Source: Callorhinchus milii (Eukaryota). From it: a stretch of 64,000 nucleotides of DNA. Below are positions 12,350 to 25,894 of this stretch, one piece after another. The stretch is taken from NCBI RefSeq assembly GCF_018977255.1, contig NW_024704742.1:80540001-80604000 (forward strand). The letters are read 5' to 3'. Positions within the stretch are counted from its first letter, which is position 1, and every line of letters begins with the position of its first letter. The notes under the pieces were generated by a model. It had not been told where the DNA came from, did not search any database, and worked only from the letters and a program-made list of their open reading frames with translations. Both the position numbers and the translations under genes were made by a program.

Positions 12350-13010
12350 AAGAACAAAATTACATTTGTATAGCAGCTTTCACATTGGGAGGACGCTCAA
12401 GGCACTGGACAGTCAGTGTTTCAGACCAGAGCTGGGGGTAGGGATTGGAGAGGGTGGAGGGCAGGGGGGGAAGTAGGGTGATCAAAAGCACGGTCGGAGA
12501 GGAGGGTTTTGAGATGCGTTTTGAAGGAGGCAAGGGAGGGGGCGAGGCAGAGGGACTGTGGGATGGAGTTCCAGAGGATGTTGACAGAGGGGCTAAAGGC
12601 CTGCCTGCCAATGGTGGGGCGGGCGAGGCGGAGGACTTGAAGCAGGCAAGAGCCCGCTGAGCGGAGGGAGCAGGCAGGGTGGTAGGGGCTAGGAGGTCAC
12701 AGAGGTAGGTGGGAGCAAGGCCATGGAGGGCTTTGAAGGTGAGGACCAGGATCTTGAACTGTATCTTCTGTGTGATGGGAAGCCAGTGGAGTCAGGCGAG
12801 GATGGGGGTTATAGGGTCACGGAGCCTGGTGCGGGAGAGGACATGGGGTGCATAGTTGTGGATGATCTGCAGCCTATGGCGAGAGGAGTTGGGGAGACCA
12901 ACAAGCAGAGAGCTTGGGTAGTCAAACCTGAATGTTATGAATGCGTGTATGAGGTTTAGGGTGCCCTGCAGTGTGAGACAGTGGCAGAGCTGGGCCATAT
13001 TGCGCAGACA
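12350..13010 (-). mobile_element. L2 LINE 3' fragment nested in the CR1 copy
   Basis: LIHAFITFRFDY...LQIIHN...RLRDPITPILA, with the L2 tail at about 12355-12405. Confidence 0.9.
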
Positions 13011-13715
13011 GTGAAGACTTCTTTTACTACATATAAGAAGTAAGAATAGGAAACACATGGATGGGATAGAAGCCAAAAGAGATCTGCAGATGGTAGTTGA
13101 CTCATTGCTCACTATGTCAAGCGTGAGGTAGCAAATAACAAGGCAAACAAGATGCTATACTATATTACTAAATCAATTGCGTTTAGATCTCCAGATGCCA
13201 TGCTCAGGTTGTAGAGAGTTCTGGTCTGTCAAATCTAGAGTATTTATATAGTTTTCATCAGAACTGTTCAGCACAGCAAAGACATAAGGGAACTGTCTTG
13301 ACCCTAAAGACAATGTAGAGGAGAGTGATGAAGGTGAACTCCGGTTAGAGGAATGAGACATGAACAATGATCAGACAAAATAGGACTTTCAGTCTTGAGA
13401 GAAGACCATGACCTTGTAGAGTTGTATAACCTTTTAATGGAACTGAGAAAGTGAACCATGAACAATACTTTAGGATGTACAGCAAGAGCAGAACAAGAGG
13501 TGTAAAGTACAATTTCAAGACAGATAACAGGAGGCTTTTCTTTACGTAGACAGAAATTAATGACTGGAACAATGTGTCAGGGAGGTAGGTTGAGGTCAGG
13601 ACAATGGAACCAATACTAAATACAGCTTGATTCTGTGATGGGAAGATAGTAAGATGAGTATTGTGGAAGGATGAGATCAAATTGGGCAAAGGGCCTTTTT
13701 CATCCAACTCCATTT
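13011..13715 (+). mobile_element. CR1 continuation to the 3'UTR (degraded)
   Basis: KRDL, KANKML, 'agtcttgagagaagac', 'agaacaagagg' and 'gactggaac' motifs, followed by a 3'UTR-like 'ttgggcaaagggcc'. Confidence 0.75.
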
Positions 13716-14849
13716 CAGTACAATTCTGACATAATTCTGACAATTTGCATTTATTTTGTGCCCTTCGCACAGTATTGTTTCTCGGAATGCTGCAGATCAG
13801 CATCAATTCCTTTACTCTACACAAAGTCTCCACATGGATGCACAGTGCAAAATGTGGAAAATTATAATAGCAAATTTGAAAAATTAGAAAATAAGAGAAA
13901 GAGAAAGATTAATAGAGTGTCCCTTGACATCCTATTAAAAGCCTATTAATAGATTGTAAAGCTGCAATTTGAATTCATGAAGTCTTTCATAAAAATTATA
14001 GTTTCAAATTAATTCCTTAAATGAAGTCATTTATCAAAATATAACTCCCTTTGTTTTCTATTATCCTTCTGAATATTCAATCTTGAGGATGCATAGGAAA
14101 ACTCTTAACGGAATTCCGTAAAGAATGAAATAACAGTAATAATCCTTGCATTTGATAAATAGTGTCCTTCACATTGGGAGGATGTCTCCAAGCACTTCAC
14201 AGGATTTACTGTAAGGTGTAGTGACTGTGCACATTGAGAACGATCATGGCAGCCAATTTGGGCACAACAACATCCCACAAGCATGATGTAATCTACAAGA
14301 AAAGTCTGGCCCTAATCTGCTAGGATAATAAAATGAGAATCAACTAATTCCAAACTTATAGTTCAAGCTCTGGTTCATAATAATCCTAGAGTTTCAGCAG
14401 CAGAGCTTACACAGAGATGAATGGAAATGATACAGTGTGTGAGGATTCATTCGAACAAAATGAATAGATAAATAGATTAATATTAGAAACCTGGAACTGA
14501 AGTCAAGGATAAAATAAGATCATTAAATAAAGCTTACCATAAAATTTGTGGAGAGAATATTTTAAAAAGATTATTGATTTACTGAGATTTTTTTAACACA
14601 AAGAAGATGCATGGTCAGTGAAGCACAGGTGGGTTTGCATAACATGAATTCAACTGGAAAAATATATAAAGCATGGAAAAATATATAAGGCTAAATGCTG
14701 ACCACTGGAATTCTAAATTTAAGGTTAATTGCATCGGAGTGGAGTGTTTATGTTATACTACTACTTTGCTGCCTCCCCCCCATTCATCCTTGTTTGGTGT
14801 CCCACCCACATATATTTGTGAAGTGCTCTGAGACTTTATCCAAATGAGT

Positions 14850-15010
14850 GTAAGCGGTTGTCTCTGGAACTCTCTGCCCGAATCCCTCCACCTTGCCCCT
14901 TCCTTGTCCACTTTCAAATCACACCTTAAGTCCTTCCTCTTTGTCTATGGTCACCACTGTTAAGCTCTCCGAGACCCTGAATGAAGGGCGCAATAAAAAT
15001 GCAAGTTTCC
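14850..15010 (+). mobile_element. L2 3' end fragment
   Basis: 'tctctggaactctctgccc...ttcaaatcacaccttaagtccttcctctttg...aagggcgcaataaaaatgcaag'. Confidence 0.75.
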
Positions 15011-15854
15011 TTACTTAAATCCCATTAGAAATCACCATATATTAAATCCCAACTTTATTCTGTATTTTGATCAATAATAGAATGCAGTCACTCAAATGAG
15101 GTAAACAATTCATACACTAAAAATAACCCATTTGGGGAACTGTTTAAAGGGTAATAATTGTGTTGGAAAGCTTCCTGTTGCTTATGATGCCAATGGAGTG
15201 CTTTGACTAAAGGCTTTCATGGTTCCTCAGGGTTTCTCGAAGATTAGAATCCAATTCTAGGGTTAGATACACAGAAGAGTCAAAATCAAAGCTAAGATTC
15301 TCCTCTGTAACCTTTAACAATGTGGTGTGTTGTGTGAAAGATAAGATAGTTCTTTCATTCAACAGGCACAGATTACTTATATCACCTGACTTCCAAATAC
15401 TTGGAGGCTGTGAATGTATTTCTTTCTGAAAGTTTCTTCATAGACAAGTTCTTGAAGTCATTGTTTCAAAATCTGATTTGGTGTCAGAGCAGCCGTCCAG
15501 GTGCAACATGTATTGTGGCATTTAAGATAAAGTGCAAAAATAGGCAAACTACCAATGTTTTCCAGGAAAGAATGCCATCACTCTGCCATACCACGGAATA
15601 CCTTATTATAATTGTCCACTTAGTCCAGTATCCCAGTAACATGGATATAAGTGAGGTCTGAAAAAACAGATCAGGTCACCAATACTTCCATTTTTAGTGT
15701 GGAGAGCTAATCGACACAGCTCTTCCTGTCAGTGCAGATCTACATTAGACCTCTTTTTATAATTGAGGCAGTGTTACGTGGGGTGTTATAACGGGGTTCT
15801 ATTGTAATTGGTAGGAAACTGGTATTTTTTATAATAATAATAATACTGCTACTA

Positions 15855-16055
15855 CTAATAATAATAATCCTTGCATTTGATATAGTGCTTTTCATGTCTT
15901 CTAGACGTCTCAAAACGCTTCACAGAATATACTGTAAAGTGAATTGACTGTATTTTTGTGGGCGAAATGGGGCAGCCAATTGCGCACAGCAGTTTCCCAC
16001 AAACAGTCGTGGATTGAAGTGACCAATTTATTATTTTTTTCTTGAGGAATTATTA
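15855..16055 (-). mobile_element. tRNA-SINE 3' half
   Basis: taataatccttgcatttgatatagtgcttttcatgtcttctagacgtctcaaaacgcttcacag...gccaattgcgcacagc. Confidence 0.9.
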
Positions 16056-17009
16056 ATCTGATACATTAGTCATACTGCACCTAATATTTATACGTTATAT
16101 AACAATGTTTAATTTGTTTGAAAAATCTGGGAATCACACACACACAAATGCACACCCACACTCATAAAATGCAATCTTCAGCAAAACAGAAGGATCAATA
16201 TTTTTGCAAAATTGTAGAACAATTTTATGGTTTTACAATAAAACCATACCTTAATTGGTATTGCCTGCCCCAAACATGCTCACAATTATGACAATAAATT
16301 GGACTTTAAAAACGTTTATGTTTAGGACCCCAGAATAATACGAGGATAGGATATGGCAGAATAATAAAATGGATATTTTGCTGGTTTTAACACTGGAGAA
16401 GGAGCATTATGATAGTAGAGATTGAAGGGGAGAGACTTATAGGAATTAATATGAACAGGACAATTGTACAAGGTAAACATTGGATGAGAAAACAAAAAAT
16501 TTCCAGACCTGACAGCTTCTATACCCATGTTCATAACAAAGTAGGTCAGGAAATTAGAAATGTGTTCGTTGAAACCTTTCAAAGCTCTCTGACGTCTGTA
16601 ATACAGGAAAATTGCAGGACAAAGTAAATAACCAGACAAATAAGTCTTAACATCAGAGATGGATTCCAAGTGTTTGAGAAAGTGCATGGTGTTGGTGTGG
16701 GGGGGTCACAAGGGGTTCCTGTTCAAAATAGTATGTGCAAACCCTAAACTGCATGACAACAAATTAAGATAAAGATACAGGAAAGATTTTTAAAAATTTT
16801 CTAGCAGATTATTTATTTATTTGATTAACTGCATTAAAATCTAGCAACTCTTTCACAAACTAACAATCTTAATGTGTGCACATTCATGTTTCCTACTTTT
16901 TATTTTTGTTTATTTTTGTCGTTCTATGGTTCTATTTCTAAGATTTTTTAGGAATTGATGGATCTGGTGTTTATGGTATTCAAATGGAAACCTGCTCCAT
17001 AAGATTTTT

Positions 17010-17170
17010 AATAACAATCCTTGCATTTGATATAGTGCCTTATCACTTCATTGAAACATCTCAAAGTGCTTCACAGAATATATTGTAAAGTGGATTGACT
17101 GTATTTGGGGGTCAAAATGCAGCAGCCAATTGCGCACAGCAGTCGCACAAACAGTCGTGGATTTAGTTGA
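17010..17170 (-). mobile_element. tRNA-SINE 3' half
   Basis: Same tail and Deu 3' segment in reverse orientation. Confidence 0.85.
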
Positions 17171-17539
17171 TTTGATGAGTTGATGCCTGTAAAATATACA
17201 GAAGGTCCCTACGGGCTATTGAATAATTTGTTGTAGTTGCTAAGCTCTGTAATTTGCAATGGCTCGTTTATGCTTCAACAGGCTAGAAGCTCCACTCCTT
17301 CATTTATGCAACTTTTATCACATACTGATGCTTTGTGTCGCTTGCCTTCTGAAATAACATGCATTGTTTACTCTTTAATGCACTGATCTCTCGTTAAGTT
17401 GATGACGTGACAGCAGGTTGTTACATGCTCAAAGAGTGCATAAATAATATAATGACTATAATATAATAAATAATAGTGACTTTATTTACTTTCAGAATTG
17501 TAGTAAAAGACCCTGGCATTGCACCAACCCTTACCCAGA

Positions 17540-17995
17540 TTGACGTTCTTTGGATGAGACATTCAACCAAGGTCCCGTCTGCTTGATCAGGTGGACATTT
17601 AAAAGATTCAGGTGCACCATTCGAAACGGATACAGAGATTTTCCTGGTTAATAAATAAAAATAAATTGATCATTCATTTATTAATACACAGTCAATTCAT
17701 TCTAAAATATATTCTGTGAAGAGCTTTGAGACATTTCAACGACATGATGAGGCGCTATCTCAACGGATTATTATTATTATTTCATGATTGTCTGTGGGAC
17801 ATGTCTGTGTGCAAATTGGCTGTTGCACTTGCCTACAAATACACAGTCACTACATTTGACAGAAATTTCTCTGGAGTGCTTTTGAGACATCTCAACGTCT
17901 CGAAAGTAAAGATTATTATTATAATTCTTTTGAAGCTCTTTGAAACGTTTTGATGACATGATAAGGCATTATACCAAAGCAAGGATTATTATTTT
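17540..17995 (+). mobile_element. Deu-SINE fragment with stacked SINE tails
   Basis: Deu core 'ttggatgagacattcaaccaaggtcccgtctg' followed by three tail copies ending near 17780, 17920 and 17992. Confidence 0.75.
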
Positions 17996-18419
17996 CATAC
18001 TTTAGATACTTTCTCTGTATTTATACATGCAATGTGTCTATATGTAGATCGGTTGAAAGCAGATGAGCAGAGTCTTGCTGACCTCTTCCAAGTTGTTGTT
18101 TGCATAGAGATGAGCTGATCAGAATCAGTTTTACAATCCTGCAACTTCACCTATTCCCCAACACAGCAATGTTAAAGTGACAGACAGCACTGTTACATGA
18201 TAGACAGCACTTGCTCATTATAGCGCCCAACTCCAATCGATGCAGATGGTGGCAGGATTGTCTGGGTTTGGAATTTACTATTACTGTAATTTAAGATTAG
18301 TGATACATTTACACTGGCTTTGATGTGTGCTTTTAAAGGGCTGTCCCTATAAGTGAACACCATGAAAGTCCCTACACTTGGTTGCAGGCAAGATATCACT
18401 ATTTAAAAGGGATCCCTTA

Positions 18420-18782
18420 TCACACATTCAAATTCCCCCATGGCCTCGTCGCAACCTACCTCTGCCACCCACTGCAACTCTACCACCTCCACCACTTCCT
18501 CTGCTCAGTTAATACTATGCTGCTTCATGTCCCCTACCTGCCTGCCACGCCATCACTTGGCGAACTTTCACCCATTCTGCTGCCAGGAACCCCATCCTGG
18601 ATACCCTCCATCTCACCTTAAGACCTTTCTTTTTGACTTGTTTTTGGTCACCTCTTCCTACTCTCCTCCCCTTCTTCAGCTCCCCCATCCCCAGCTCAGG
18701 CTCCCAGTCAGCTCTGTTGGCGCATTTGAAATGTCCTCCCAAGAAGAAAGGTCCTATATAGGTGCAACATTGTTGCTATTGT
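18420..18782 (+). mobile_element. L2 3' fragment
   Basis: HLKTFLFD motif, C-rich 3'UTR and a 'gaaaggtcctatataggtgcaacattgttg' tail. Confidence 0.8.
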
Positions 18783-20379
18783 AAATTATATCATTATGAG
18801 GAATGAGGTGATCATAAATTTGTAGCAAAACCCTATTTTAAAATTCAAATAAAAAAAAACATTTTTTTATATATATGTTTCCTTCTGTTTGCTGTGTTTA
18901 AAATGGAATGAGTAAGGTCAGAGAATCTACAAGGTTTGCCACTCTCTACAATTGGCTGCCATGTATCGCCCACAAAATATACAGTCAATTTACTTTACAG
19001 TATATTCTATGAGACACTTTGAGACGTCCGACGACATAATAAAGTGCTATATCAAATGCAAGGATTATTAACGTTAAAAGGAGCGAATTTGCCCACCAGC
19101 AGCAGAGGCTGAATATATTATAAGCGGAGCACTAATGTGTAATTCTTCTCCGGGAATATCAAAAAACAAGCTTTGAAATAATTCACTCTATATAGATATG
19201 GTTCAAATCATCAACATGACTAATTATAGAGAACCAGTAGAGTCGTGACTTCAGCAATAGAGAAACCCAGCAACTATGGCAACGGCCCTAAGCAGTAGCT
19301 GAGGTTTCTTTCAGAACAGCTGACCCTGAGAAAGATTGTCTGAATCATTCTCCTGTACTGAGAAATGATTAGTAGAAATGGGCTTAATGATAAAATGATA
19401 CGTCTGAGTGATTTGATTCACGTGTCCAACCATTCCTGCCACACTCAGTGTACTTGACAGATAGACAACTCTCCATTTCTTTACTTTTGCCAGAGAAAGG
19501 GGAGGGAGAGAGAGGGAGAGAGAGATTGGGGCTTAAATCATTCAGTGACAGTAAATGTCTCAGTGAATGTTTTTCTCTCAGAGCATGCTTTATTCCGCAG
19601 CATATGTTATGAATCAGTACAAAGCCAGGCTTCCAAAACATTTTCAACCTTGCATGGGCATCATGTGTTGTAGTAAATAGCCAGTGACAGGCAACCACAG
19701 ATTTGCACAGTACTGGTAACACTGCATATACTGGCAAGGCATCCAACAACAACAACAACAACATTACATTTATAGAGTGCCTTTCACGCTTAGATACTTA
19801 GAACCCCGTAACAGTGCAATCGGTGCCTGTGTTGTCGACAAGCCTACTGCTGGGTTAGTAGATACACTGAAGAAATGAAATAGAGAAATAAACAAAAAAA
19901 AGTTTGGCTCACTGTGTTGAGGAAGCAAATGGTAAGGGTAGTTACGTTATATTTAGGTCTAGTGAATCGCTGGAAATTAGAAAACAGAAACATTCATAGC
20001 ACCAGCACTCTTGTAACTGTTAAATGCCTTTTTATTGAACAGAAAAAGTTATCGTCCTTTGTTTTTCATAGATTCATACATAGTAGTGTGTAACAAGCTG
20101 CTTATGATGAGGGGGTTGCTAATGCTTATGATTATGTTACCACCAGGGCAAAAGTGTATTTTCCCCAGATTCCTTCTCAAGTAACAGGAACTGTGCAGCA
20201 CAATCAATTTGTGAATTCAGAGCCTTACTTAATATGGTTCAAATGCACGACAACTGGAAAGTCCTGGGTGCAGCCCACCATCAAATCCAAAATAATCCTT
20301 ACAACATTAGATATAGCATCTTGCACAATAGGAGAATATCTTAAAGCACTTCACAGATTTACTGTGAAGTATACCGCTC

Positions 20380-20448
20380 GTTTGTGGGAAATTGCTGTGC
20401 ACATTTGACTATCATGTAGATAAATGTGCACAGCAATTTCCCATAAAC
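20380..20448. repeat. SINE-derived inverted repeat, 27-bp arms (one G.T pair), 15-nt loop
   Basis: gtttgtgggaaattgctgtgcacattt-gactatcatgtagat-aaatgtgcacagcaatttcccataaac. Confidence 0.93.
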
Positions 20449-20867
20449 ACCAATCAAGTGAATAACTAATATTATTTGGGATATTTATTTATTTTCATAT
20501 TCTGGAAGTGATATGGCATCTTCTCTATTATTCTTTCTTCTAATTTTTAAAAAAATACATTTTAAAAATATTATATATAAAAATAAATTTAAAAATACAA
20601 CATAGTCCAAAGTTGAGTTATCTACAAGGCCAAGAATGTATTTTAAAAATATTTTTTGTATTTTTAGAATGTATTGTTCTATAATTACGGAGAGTTGCCC
20701 ATAGAATGATACAGCACAATAACATTTGGCTCAACTAGATTTTACTCCGTATGAGCCTCCAGTGTCCTCCGTATCCTCTCTCCCAAACACATATATTCCC
20801 TTCCTCCTTATGTATGCATTGAGTTTCCTCTTAAATACATGGTTATACAGTGACCAAAAATCATCAA

Positions 20868-21200
20868 CTTACCCGCACCTTACCCCCATCTCAGTCACCC
20901 ATCTTAAACCCCCGCCTTACCTCCTGCCTATCCCCCACCTTACACATCCTTCTTGCACCGCGGCCCTGCCCGCGCCTTAGCCCCACCTTACCCCCCCGCC
21001 TTATGCCTCCGCCTTACCCCATTTTAACCCCCATCTTAAACCCCTGCCTTACCCCCTCACTTTACCCCCTGCCTTAATCCCACCTTGCACACTCACCTTA
21101 TATCCCACCATACCAACTGCCTTATCTCCCCACCTAAAGCCCCACCTTACCCCCCACCTTACACACCGTCCTTACCCCCCACCATACCCCCTGCCTCACA
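20868..21200 (+). repeat. Degenerate C-rich minisatellite, ~11-12-bp unit CCCC(A/G)CCTTA
   Basis: Repeated 'ccccacctta', 'ccccgcctta' and 'cccatcttaaa' units. Confidence 0.85.
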
Positions 21201-22919
21201 CATACAAGTTTTTGCAACTTTGGTTAGATTGTGAGGTGGAGCTGACTGGAGCTAGTTTCTTCAGTTTAGGTCTCGAAATTTTCTGTAGATCAATTACTGT
21301 TATATTAAAACTGCTGTGTTGTTGTAGTAATTATAATAGATTTAGGTTAAGTTGATTTTTTGGCTTATCTGGGTTTTTACCAATTATTGGGTAAGTCAGT
21401 CACAAAGGATTATTTTATTCTTCCATTGAAAACAGTGGAGCTGAGATGTAAATGCATCCCCACCTGCTTGGCTGTGAGGAGTCAAAAGATCAATGTCTTG
21501 TAATTTTGCACTACCCCCACACACACACAGGTTACACAACAGCTTGTCACAATTTAGGACATCCAGTATTCATATGCCTCAAGATGTTACATCTCAGAGA
21601 CTATGTCACATAAATGGAGAAATTTTGGCTCAGTTGCTTGAAGAGAGAAGCAGAGAGCACTATCACGCAGGTTACTTCAAATAATTTGTGATACCGTTCA
21701 AACTTTTAAAAGTTTCTCCTCCAATATAAAATATATTCCCAGTCTCTTCCCCTCATCCATATTGTTTCCTGACTGAAAGGGTTGGCAGATGAAGCCTAGT
21801 AGAGAAGAACATTAAATGGTATGGGAAATGATCCAGATAGACTCGTTATCTTAGGTGATTCATGCAGAGAATAACAGCAGTGTTGACTTGATAAGATGCT
21901 GTCCCACGTGAAGGATGCTGTATAAATGCCTGTTGTTGTTGATGATGGGCTAAAGAGTCTGTTTCTGTAATGCAACATTCTGTGATTCTATGACTCGTCT
22001 CCAAGGCTAGTGCTGCTTCTTATCAGTGAAGTGGGTTCCCATCTAATGCCTTGGGACGTCCTCCCAGCGTGAAAGGCACTATACAAATGTAATTTTGTAT
22101 TTTGTATTGTGTCAACACTCTGTCAGAGACAAGTCCACGCTCCATACTGCTTCTCAGAGCACAGCCCAAGATCAAAAGCTCACTATGCAAAGAGTTATGG
22201 CTCCAAATGGAGCTCCATGGAATGTCAATGTGTTGTATTATCTCCCAAGAGTGTCTTCCCTTTAATATATGTTGTTAATTTCATTGAAAGTATCGCAGAT
22301 TTATAGCAAAGTATGCAGAAATTAACATGATGAAATCATTGGTGGTAAGAACTTTAGCGAAGCGTAACAAAAGGAAAATTTACTTTCCAAGAGATTTGTA
22401 TCAATATTGTGGAGCTCCTCTAGATCATTCATTCAGCAAATGGAAACATATTGAAAGCCTTAGCTAACAGGAATAAATAGCACAACTCTAAATGGAGTTC
22501 AAGTAAATGCACAACAGAGGAAATGTTCAGATCTGAAAGAAGAGAGGAATTTGCATATTGCCTCGTGATATTTAAATATTTAAAAATTCAGATTGCTCAG
22601 GACAATGTCCTCCAGAATATTGGGAAGATTTGATGTACACAGATCACTGCACTGTTACTGATAATGGAAATGCAATCATCCACTGAACAGCTAACTCAAC
22701 AGCTAACTTTATTTTACTCAGTACCTTTAGTTTCATTTTCATTTCATTACAAAAGCTAGTAACAGCACCTGAAGACAATGTCTCCTTTGATCATGTACTA
22801 AAATTAGTAGAATTTGGGTAAAGACGAGTGAGTGAGCGAGAACATTGACCCATAAATCTCCATCAGGTCATGGTAAACCAAGCTTGTAGCTGAAGTAACT
22901 AAGTGGGGGGTGAATACTG

Positions 22920-23345
22920 TATAATAATAATAATCTTTGTGCTTGATATCATCAAGACATCTCATAGAGCTTCACAGGATATACTGCAAAGTGAAGTTGC
23001 TGTGTGTGTTTTGTAGATGAACGCAGCAACTGATTTGCACACTGCAATGTCCTAAAAACGGCCATGGAGCCAGTTTTATTTGATGGATTGTTGGCTAGGA
23101 TACCCCAGAGAAACTCCTTTCTCTTTCCAAATGTTCTATGGGATTTTTAATGTCCACCTGGTCAGGAAATCAGGACCTTGGTTTAATGTCGGACCCAAAG
23201 GATGGCACCTCAACAATACAGCACACACCCAGGACAGCATTTCAATGTCAGCAGAGACTATATGGGTTCCAAGTCCCAATGTGGGGCTTGAATTCACAAT
23301 GTTTTGACTCAGAGGCAAGTATGCTACCAACTGAGCCAGGATGAC
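22920..23345 (-). mobile_element. Near full-length Deu-domain SINE
   Basis: Head rc 'ctggctcagttggtagcatacttgcctctgagtcaaaac', Deu core 'taaaccaaggtcctg...ccaggtggacattaaaaatcccat' and an (att)n tail. Confidence 0.85.
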
Positions 23346-24981
23346 ATAGGATGGAAGATATTAATTAAAATTCACTTAACAAGATGTATTCAATAATATA
23401 TTCCCATTTGATATAAACATCCATGGTAGCAAAGACAAAGGCCAGTTATAAGGTTGCATGAAGTAGTTGTGGTCTTTCTAAGTGTATCTGCAGAATTAGC
23501 TTTGGTTGATAGTTACAGTGTCCTGCTGTTTATTATGGCACTGCGGGATATTTACATGTGAGATGATTCACTGTGTTTTGAAAAACATAAGATGTGCATA
23601 TTTGTCGCTGTTACCTCTGACTGTCTGCTTGTTCTCAATCTAATGTTTTCCCACACCAACATTTTTACTGGCCGCACAGTGTGCATTGCAAGCACGCTCC
23701 CAAGAGTGTGATCCCAAGAGAATACTCCATTAAGCAATGAAAGACCAACGTGAACATGCACAGTGGTTTGGAGGAAAGGGAGAATATATCACTTTGCCAA
23801 TGTGGGGTTATAAAGAGGACAGGATTGATAGATGAACCTTTGGAGCGATTGGCTTTCCCAGCAATTTACAAGGTAACCAGCGAAGAATCCAGGCACAAAT
23901 ACGAGATAGTATTTTAACATTCTCTCAGTAATAACAGCTGCAAACCTGCAGAGTCCTGATAAAGAACAAAATATGTTGTGCTTTATCTTGGACATTCTAC
24001 CTGAGTCCAGATTTCTGTAAACTATAGATAAAACCAGACAATTTGCAAATATTTTGTGCTCTACTTGAAACTCATTCACTCAACAAATCGATCCAAATCT
24101 GAATAGGAAAGATTTTGTACAATTGTACATTTTCAACAAGAAAACCATTAGAAGATATTGCCTGCAGGTAACATTTAGCAAGATTAAGCAAGTTAATGTA
24201 CTAAAATGTTTGGAAAATGAATACATGGGGAAAATTTCATATGAAGATAAGATTTTTTAAATTTGATATAATATCCTTAGGTCAGGATTCTATACAATTA
24301 GATTGTGTAGAAAATGGTTCAGTAAATTGTAAATTTGTATAATGCCAACCTTCTAATTGATATTTGAGATTTTTGTTTCCGCAAAGGAATATTTGTGGTG
24401 CAACAAAAGTCTCATAAGTACCCAAGACCATTAAGCTTCAAATCTGCTGCTTGCCATTCATGTTACTTGTATTACGTACAAAATTACCACAGTGTGTAAC
24501 CAAATGCAGTGCAGTTATTGTAAATGAGGCACTGTTTAAAATCTCATGGTCATTAAATGCATGAACTTCAGATTTTTTTTCTATTACTGCCTCATGAATT
24601 TTTACACTGTTGGGGTTGAAGAACAATGTCACCACAATAGATACTGAGATTTATTAGCATATCTGTCATATTTTTATTCAAATATATGTTTATCCAGTTA
24701 GAATATACACAATAACCACTTCTTTAACTTTTGACTGTTCGCAGGATTAATATTTTGCAGAACAGCCACATCCGTTTAACTTTTAAGCTACCAAACATTG
24801 GCAAATGACAAGGCTGCCTTGTAGATACAGCCAGTATAGATAGATCTTTGATGCATCTGAGAACATGTTGTGAATGTTCTGGGATGCTATTCTGCATGCA
24901 GGGCACTATATAAATGCAACTTGTTGTTGTTGTTGTTGGAAAGGACAAGCTGTCAAGAAAGAGAATACTTGCCTGAGACCT

Positions 24982-25068
24982 GAAGAAGAAGAAGAAGAAG
25001 AAGAAGAAGAAGAAGAAGAAGAAGAAGAAGAAGAAGAAGAAGAAGAAGAAGAAGAAGAAGAAGAAGAA
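24982..25068 (+). repeat. Pure (GAA)29 microsatellite
   Basis: 87 bp of uninterrupted GAA. Confidence 0.98.
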
Positions 25069-25091
25069 CATTTGTATGGATGGATGAAATG

Positions 25092-25795
25092 TCAATTGTG
25101 ACTTTGAGAAAGGCTGTTTCTGTGCAGTACGTAATCCCGATTGAGGTTTGTAGTGGGAGTGGCGGGAGAGGAAGGAGCGAAGCTGGGAAGCAAAGACTCA
25201 TTCCAGAACCTTGGAAAGGAAAGGGAGGTTGGAGATGGGGCAGTTAATTTGAGAGCTGTGATGGGTGCAGGGAAGTTTTTTTGAGGATAGGAATGATGGC
25301 TGTTTTTAAGGGTGGGAACAGTGTCATTGGGCAAGGAGAAATTAATGATATCTGTGAGTAGGGTAGTCAGGAGGTGGAGCTGGGAGGTAAGGAGAGAGAT
25401 AGCGATGGAATTGAGCAAGCAGGTGATGGATTTCATATCGGGCATAATGGCGGAGAGAGAAGAGGGAGAGACAGGTTCAAAGGTATGGAGGGATGGATGG
25501 GTAGAGGCCGGAGTGTGAGAGGTAGATGGGGAGGGTGTAGCAGTTGGAAGGGCAGAGACAGCTGAGTGGATCTCCCTCGATTTTGGTCTCAAGGAAGTCC
25601 AGCATCTCCTCGCAGTTGGAGTTGGAGGAGAGGTTGAGCGAAGCATGAGAGGGTGTGTGGAGGAGCCGGTTGGTGGTGGAGAAAAAGAGCCTGCGATTTT
25701 CCTTCGCCTCCAAGATTATCTTAGTGTTGGCAATTTAGCAGAGGCGAGGGCAGAGTAGTCAGTTTTAATGTGGTCCACCCAGATTTGCCAATGGA
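25092..25795 (-). mobile_element. L2 ORF2 internal fragment (linker to RT N-terminus)
   Basis: DIINFSL..TVP, 'cccatctccaacctccctttcctttccaaggttctgga' (PISNLPFLSKVL) and TETAFLKV. Confidence 0.88.
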
Positions 25796-25894
25796 TTTAA
25801 GTTAGATTTGAGCCAGGGTGTGTTCGGATCTGTTCTCTATGGACTGAATGATGAACTAATTGTTACTGATACTCAGCTAGCTAATTTAATTATC

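Noticed and set aside
15780..15806. Tc1/pogo-like terminus (gttataacggggttctattgta)
   Set aside because: No convincing partner TIR in the correct orientation. The similar motif at about 19798 faces away.
19268..19283. RFX X-box (ctatggcaac)
   Set aside because: Only a half-site, with no CpG island or other promoter evidence.
24724..25201. Poly-E, poly-F and poly-L ORFs
   Set aside because: These are translations of the (GAA)n microsatellite.
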